Shown one piece after another: positions 58,762-64,000 of a stretch of 64,000 nt of DNA. The stretch lies in sequence record OR352948.1, one strand, 5' to 3'. The position numbers and the translations under genes were made by a program. Origin of the DNA: Escherichia phage AV118. Under the pieces are notes generated by a model. It saw nothing but the letters and a program-made list of their open reading frames with translations. It did no database searches and was not told the DNA's origin. Position 1 is the first letter of the stretch; each line of letters begins with the position of its first letter.

Positions 58762-60735
58762 ATGGCAAACACTCCTGTAAATTATCAATTAACCCGAACA
58801 GCGAATGCTATTCCCGAGATTTTTATCGGGGGCACATTTGCCGAAATCAAACAGAACATTATCGAATGGCTTAATGGGCAGAATGAATTTCTTGATTATG
58901 ATTTTGAAGGTTCACGCTTAAACGTATTGTGCGACCTTTTAGCATATAACACTCTTTACATCCAACAGTTCAGTAATAGTGCAGTGTATGAAAGTTTTAT
59001 GCGTACTGCAAACTTGCGTAGTTCTGTTGTACAAGCGGCTCAAGATAACGGATATCTGCCTTCATCTAAATCAGCAGCACAAACAGAAATTATGCTAACA
59101 TGTACAGATGCATTAAATAGAAACTATATCACCATTCCACGTGGCACTCGTTTCTTAGCATACGCTAAAGATACTTCTGTTAACCCGTATAACTTTGTTT
59201 CTACTGAAGATGTCATTGTAGTTAAAGACAAAAATAACCAATATTTTCCACGTCTTCGATTAGCTCAAGGACGTATTGTTCGCACTGAATTAACATTTGA
59301 TAGATTAAAACCTATCATTATTCGTGATAAGAATATTGACCGTAATTTGGTTAAGTTGTATGTTGACGGAGCAGAATGGATTAACTGGACTCGTAAGTCG
59401 ATGGTTCACGCTGGTTCTACGTCAACAATCTATTATATGCGTGAAACAGTTGATGGGAACACCGAATTTTATTTTGGTGAAGGCGAAATCTCTATTAACA
59501 CGTCAGAAGGTGCGTTAACATCTAACTATATTGGTGGCCTTAAACCTGTTCAGGGTTCTAAAATCGTAATTGAGTATATTTCTACTAATGGCGCAGATGC
59601 TAACGGTGCTGTAGGATTTTCTTATGCTGATACATTAGCTAATATCACGGTAATCGATATTAATGAGAACCCTAGCAATAACCCAGACTTTGTTGGGGCC
59701 GACGGCGGTGGTGACCCTGAAGATATTGAACGTATCCGCGAATTAGGCACAATTAAACGCGAAACTCAACAACGTTGTGTAACCGCTTCCGACTATGACA
59801 CATTCGTTTCTGAGCGGTTTGGTTCTATTATTCAAGCGGTTCAAACATTCACAGATTCATCTAAACCAGGGTACGCCTATATTGCTGCTAAGCCTAAATC
59901 TGGATTGTATTTGACTTCTGTCCAACGTGATGATATCAAAAACTATTTGAATGATTATAACTTAGGGACTATTACACCTGTTGTTATTTCGCCTGATTAT
60001 TTGTTTATCAAAATGAATATCAAAGTTACATATGCGTTGAATAAACTCCAAGAATCAGAACAATATCTTGAAGGGCAAATTATTAATAAAATTGACCGAT
60101 ATTATATTGAAGATGTAGAAATTTTTAACTCATCGTTTGCAAAATCTAAAATGCTAACTTATGTCGATGATGCAGATATTTCTATTATTGGTTCTTCAGC
60201 TACTATTCAAATGGTTCGCGAAGTACAAAACTTCTATAAAACGCCTGAGGCCGGTATTAAATACAATAATCAGATTAAAGATAGATCGATGGAATCTAAT
60301 ATATTCTCGTTTGATTCGCACAGACCTAATCCGGAAAATGCAAACGAAACTATTAAATACGGTGTTCGCATAGTATCTTCTGACCGTAATGACCGTGGCA
60401 TAGGTCAAGTTATTATTGGTCCATTTGCAGATGGTGATGTTGTTGAAAACGAAAATATACAACCTTATACAGGTAATGATTTTAATAAACTTACTGTTAC
60501 TGACGGACGAAACAAATACTATTCAATTGGTGAAGTGAATTATCCTGCCGATTCGATTTATTGGAACATTGCTAAAATTGACCTCACTTCAGACCGTTTT
60601 GAAGTTCAAACAATTGAACTTTATTCCGACCCTGCAGATGATATTATTTTTACAAAGGATGGTTCTTTAATCGTATTCGAAAATGACTTACGTCCTCAGT
60701 ACTTAACTATAGATTTGGAGCCTATTTCACAATGA
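58762..60735 (+). CDS. 6: baseplate wedge protein
   Basis: 657 aa from ATG 58762 (MANTPVNY...), SD AGGA. Confidence 0.9.
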   Translation: MANTPVNYQLTRTANAIPEIFIGGTFAEIKQNIIEWLNGQNEFLDYDFEGSRLNVLCDLLAYNTLYIQQFSNSAVYESFMRTANLRSSVVQAAQDNGYLPSSKSAAQTEIMLTCTDALNRNYITIPRGTRFLAYAKDTSVNPYNFVSTEDVIVVKDKNNQYFPRLRLAQGRIVRTELTFDRLKPIIIRDKNIDRNLVKLYVDGAEWINWTRKSMVHAGSTSTIYYMRETVDGNTEFYFGEGEISINTSEGALTSNYIGGLKPVQGSKIVIEYISTNGADANGAVGFSYADTLANITVIDINENPSNNPDFVGADGGGDPEDIERIRELGTIKRETQQRCVTASDYDTFVSERFGSIIQAVQTFTDSSKPGYAYIAAKPKSGLYLTSVQRDDIKNYLNDYNLGTITPVVISPDYLFIKMNIKVTYALNKLQESEQYLEGQIINKIDRYYIEDVEIFNSSFAKSKMLTYVDDADISIIGSSATIQMVREVQNFYKTPEAGIKYNNQIKDRSMESNIFSFDSHRPNPENANETIKYGVRIVSSDRNDRGIGQVIIGPFADGDVVENENIQPYTGNDFNKLTVTDGRNKYYSIGEVNYPADSIYWNIAKIDLTSDRFEVQTIELYSDPADDIIFTKDGSLIVFENDLRPQYLTIDLEPISQ

Positions 60736-63700
60736 CAGTAAAAGCGCCAGCAGTCACAAGTCTCAGAATATCCAAGTTGTCCGCTAACCAAGTTCAAATA
60801 CGCTGGGATGACGTTGGTGCTAATTTCTACTATTTCGTAGAAATCGCTGAGACTAAAACGGCAGACGGGGGAATAATTCCCACTGCCAGCTACAGATGGA
60901 TAAATTTAGGATATACTCCTAATAGCAACTGGTTCGAAAGTAGCTTAGACCCATTAACTTCTTATATTATTCGTGTATCAACTGCCGCCGAAGGCTTCGA
61001 GAGATCTGATTGGGTATATACCGAAATATTTGAATCATTTCAGACTAACGCGTATACATTTCAACATATGATTGAAATGCAATTGGCTAACACTTTTATT
61101 AGAGAAAAATTTACAAATAACAACATGTCTTATGTCGATTTTAATAACGACACTATAATGGCAGCTCTAATGAATGAATCGTTCCAATTTAGCCCTGCTT
61201 ATGCGGATATTTCATCTATTAAAAATTTCATTATTGGCGAAAATGAGTATCATGAAATTCAAGGTTCGATTCAACAGGTGTGTCATGATATAAACCGTGT
61301 TTATTTGATGGAATCCGAAGGAATTCTTTATTTGTTTGAACGGTATCAGCCTGTGGTTAAAGTCTCTAATGATAAGGGACAAACCTGGAAATCGGTTAAA
61401 TTGTTTAATGACCGTGTAGGATACCCTGTATCAAGAACAGTGTATTACCAGACAGATTACACCACGTATGTTCTTGGGTATGATAAATTATTTTACGGCC
61501 GTAAATCAACAGATGTTCGTTGGTCTGCTAATGATGTGAGATTTAGTTCTCAAGATATAACATTTGCTAAAATTGGTGACCAGTTAAATTTAGGATTTGA
61601 TGTAGAAATATTTGGTAACTACGCATCATTACCTGCTAACGTATCACGTATTGCAGAAGCTATCGTTTGCAATGACGATTATGTATACGTTGCTGCTCGA
61701 GATAAAGTTCGTTTTATTAAAACTAGTAATGCCCCTATTGATTCAGACCCGTTATCTCCGACATATTCCGAACGTTTGTTTGAACAAGAAACATTTAACA
61801 TCACAGGTAACCCTAAGGCAGTTTGCTATAAAATGGATTCTGTCGGCGGTAAAATATTTGCACTGATTATTGGTGAAGTTGTTAATCTTAATGACGACCC
61901 GAGGACCACTCCTATTGTTGATTCTGTTGATAAGGGTGTTTACGTTCTAGACCATGATGCTGGCACATTTAAACGTGTGTTTGGTAATACTGAAGAAGAA
62001 CGCCGTCGTATTGAACCAGGGTACACCAGTATGTCTACTGATGGTGTTGAGTTATCTATTTCATCTAGTAATTTTAAATTTCTAGAATCGGATATTGTTG
62101 GTGACCCGAAAACACAAGTCAAGTATGGTTTAATCGGTGCTGTTAAATATGAGTATCCTCGTGAATGGCTGGCTGATAAACATTATCATATGATGGCATT
62201 TATTTCAACTGAAGACTCTCAATGGGAATCGTTCACTCCCCAACCAATGGAATACTATGCTGAGCCATTCTTTAGTTATTCTAGAAAGTCTGGTACTCGT
62301 TGTTGGATTAATAACTCAGACAAGGCCGTTGTAATTTATTCTGATTTACTTTACACTAAAGTTATTGAGAATCGTCCGCTTAGTTCTTCAGATCGAGAAG
62401 TTCATGAATATTGGAAGGATGGCGACTGTACAATAGTGATGCCTAACGTAGATTTCACCGGATTTAAAAAATATGCATCCGGCATGATTTTCTATAAAGC
62501 ATCAGGTGAGATTATTTCTTATTATGATTTTAGTTATCGTGTTAGAGATAATGTTTCTATAATTTGGAAGCCTACTAATATATTCTTAACAGCATCGTTA
62601 CAAAACCAAGAAAAAGATACCACATGGACTCCTGTAGAAGAGAACGGCATTGCAGACCCAGATTTACGACCATTGCTCACTACAATGATGCCGGAGTCTT
62701 ATCTTTTAGATAATACAAACTTCGAAGCATTCTGCGAGGCTTATATTCAGTATCTTTCTGACGGTTATGGGACCCATTATAACAACCTTTTGAATCTTAT
62801 TAAAAATCAATATCCGCGCGAAGAACATGCGTGGGAATACTTATGGTCTGAGATTTATAAACGAAACATTTACTTAAACGCCGAAAAACGCGATTTAGTG
62901 TCTCGTTTCTTTGAATCAAGAAGTTATGACTTCTATTCAACTAAAGGAACTGAAGCATCATATAAATTCTTGTTTAAAGTGCTTTATAACGAAGATGTTG
63001 AAATTGAAATTGAATCTAGTTCCGGGACCGAATATGATATCATCATTGAATCTGATTCGTTGACAGAAGATTTGGTCGGACAAACCATATACACCGCGAC
63101 AGGGCGTTGTAATGTGACGTATATCGAGAGAAGTTACTCTAAAGGTAAATTACAATGGACAGTAACAATTCACAACCTCTTAGGTCGTTTAATCCAAGGA
63201 CAGGAAGTTAAAGCTGAAAGACTCCCTGGTTTTGAAGGTGAAATTGTTCGTGGTATTAAAGGTAAAGAGCTTTCTCAGAACAACATTGATTACATAAATC
63301 GTGGTAGAGCATACTACGTAATGAAGATTAAATCTAAACTTCCATCATCTCGTTGGAAATCAGACGTATTACGTTTTGTTCATCCGGTTGGATTTGGATT
63401 TATCGCAATTACACTTCTCACAATGTTTATTAACACTGGATTAACACTTAAACATGTTGAAACCATTATTAATAAATACAAAAACTATAAGTGGGATTCT
63501 GGATTACCGACTAAATATGCAGACCGAGTGGCTAAATTAGACCCACAAGGAAATGTTGAGTTTGACCCTATTACAGGTAAAGCGATATATGAAATAGGCC
63601 CTATGGCTGGTCAAGATTATCCATTGCCTGAAGATTATAACGCTGAAAACAATAACTCCATATTTCAAGGTCAACTTCCATCGGAACGACGTAAACTGAT

Positions 63701-63830
63701 GAGCCCGTTATTTGATGCTTCCGGAACAACATTCTCTAGATTTAGAGATTTGGTTGAACAACGGTTAATCGATAATGTGGGAAATCCAAGAGACCCCGTG
63801 AATCCACCACAGGTTAAATTAGATGAATGA
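60732..63830 (+). CDS. 7: baseplate wedge initiator protein
   Basis: 1032-aa ORF, size and position of T4 gp7. Confidence 0.9.
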   Translation: MTVKAPAVTSLRISKLSANQVQIRWDDVGANFYYFVEIAETKTADGGIIPTASYRWINLGYTPNSNWFESSLDPLTSYIIRVSTAAEGFERSDWVYTEIFESFQTNAYTFQHMIEMQLANTFIREKFTNNNMSYVDFNNDTIMAALMNESFQFSPAYADISSIKNFIIGENEYHEIQGSIQQVCHDINRVYLMESEGILYLFERYQPVVKVSNDKGQTWKSVKLFNDRVGYPVSRTVYYQTDYTTYVLGYDKLFYGRKSTDVRWSANDVRFSSQDITFAKIGDQLNLGFDVEIFGNYASLPANVSRIAEAIVCNDDYVYVAARDKVRFIKTSNAPIDSDPLSPTYSERLFEQETFNITGNPKAVCYKMDSVGGKIFALIIGEVVNLNDDPRTTPIVDSVDKGVYVLDHDAGTFKRVFGNTEEERRRIEPGYTSMSTDGVELSISSSNFKFLESDIVGDPKTQVKYGLIGAVKYEYPREWLADKHYHMMAFISTEDSQWESFTPQPMEYYAEPFFSYSRKSGTRCWINNSDKAVVIYSDLLYTKVIENRPLSSSDREVHEYWKDGDCTIVMPNVDFTGFKKYASGMIFYKASGEIISYYDFSYRVRDNVSIIWKPTNIFLTASLQNQEKDTTWTPVEENGIADPDLRPLLTTMMPESYLLDNTNFEAFCEAYIQYLSDGYGTHYNNLLNLIKNQYPREEHAWEYLWSEIYKRNIYLNAEKRDLVSRFFESRSYDFYSTKGTEASYKFLFKVLYNEDVEIEIESSSGTEYDIIIESDSLTEDLVGQTIYTATGRCNVTYIERSYSKGKLQWTVTIHNLLGRLIQGQEVKAERLPGFEGEIVRGIKGKELSQNNIDYINRGRAYYVMKIKSKLPSSRWKSDVLRFVHPVGFGFIAITLLTMFINTGLTLKHVETIINKYKNYKWDSGLPTKYADRVAKLDPQGNVEFDPITGKAIYEIGPMAGQDYPLPEDYNAENNNSIFQGQLPSERRKLMSPLFDASGTTFSRFRDLVEQRLIDNVGNPRDPVNPPQVKLDE

Positions 63831-64000
63831 TTCAAGTGTTATCTATCGTGCAATAGTTACATCAAAATTTAGAACAGAGAAAATGCTGAATTTTTATAAT
63901 TCAGTTGGGGATGGAGATGATAAGAACTCCATTTATATTACGTTTGGACGTTCAGAGCCTTGGGCGTCAAATGAAAATGAGGTGGGCTTCGCCCCACCTT
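63823..64000 (+). CDS. 8: baseplate wedge protein (5' part; continues beyond window)
   Basis: ATG 63823 overlapping gp7 stop; translation MNDSSVIYRAIVTSKFRTEKM... open to window end. Confidence 0.8.
   Translation, partial: MNDSSVIYRAIVTSKFRTEKMLNFYNSVGDGDDKNSIYITFGRSEPWASNENEVGFAPP

Overview
This window is a T4-like (Tevenvirinae) myovirus genome segment; the 903-aa family-B DNA polymerase looks RB69-type. Positions 1-55.6 kb are almost entirely minus-strand early/middle genes in T4 order: gp42 dCMP hydroxymethylase, gp43, regA, gp62/gp44 clamp loader, gp45 clamp, rpbA, gp46/gp47, gp55, nrdH/nrdG/nrdD, endonuclease VII, nrdC, rI, tk, regB, denV, endolysin e, nudE, two tRNAs, 57B/57A, gp1, gp3, gp2, gp4. 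From 55.6 kb the plus strand carries baseplate genes gp53, gp5, 5.1, 5.4 (PAAR), gp6, gp7 and the start of gp8. No alpha- or beta-glucosyltransferase gene was recognised at the T4 positions. The most interesting accessory content is a sugar-nucleotide supply cluster between gp42 and gp43 (KdsD-like arabinose-5-phosphate isomerase, HAD-like phosphatase, fused nucleotidyltransferase/kinase, Cys-rich 391-aa protein), which I infer to be a pentosyl (arabinosyl-type) hmC DNA hypermodification pathway. Other accessory features: three paralogous GIY-YIG homing endonuclease genes, six capsid-targeting-sequence internal proteins, two paralogous families defined by C-terminal motifs, macro-domain / nucleotidyltransferase-fold / AAA+ candidate counter-defence genes, and a repeated palindromic early-promoter element. 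All calls are from reading the sequence and ORF track; no database searches were run.
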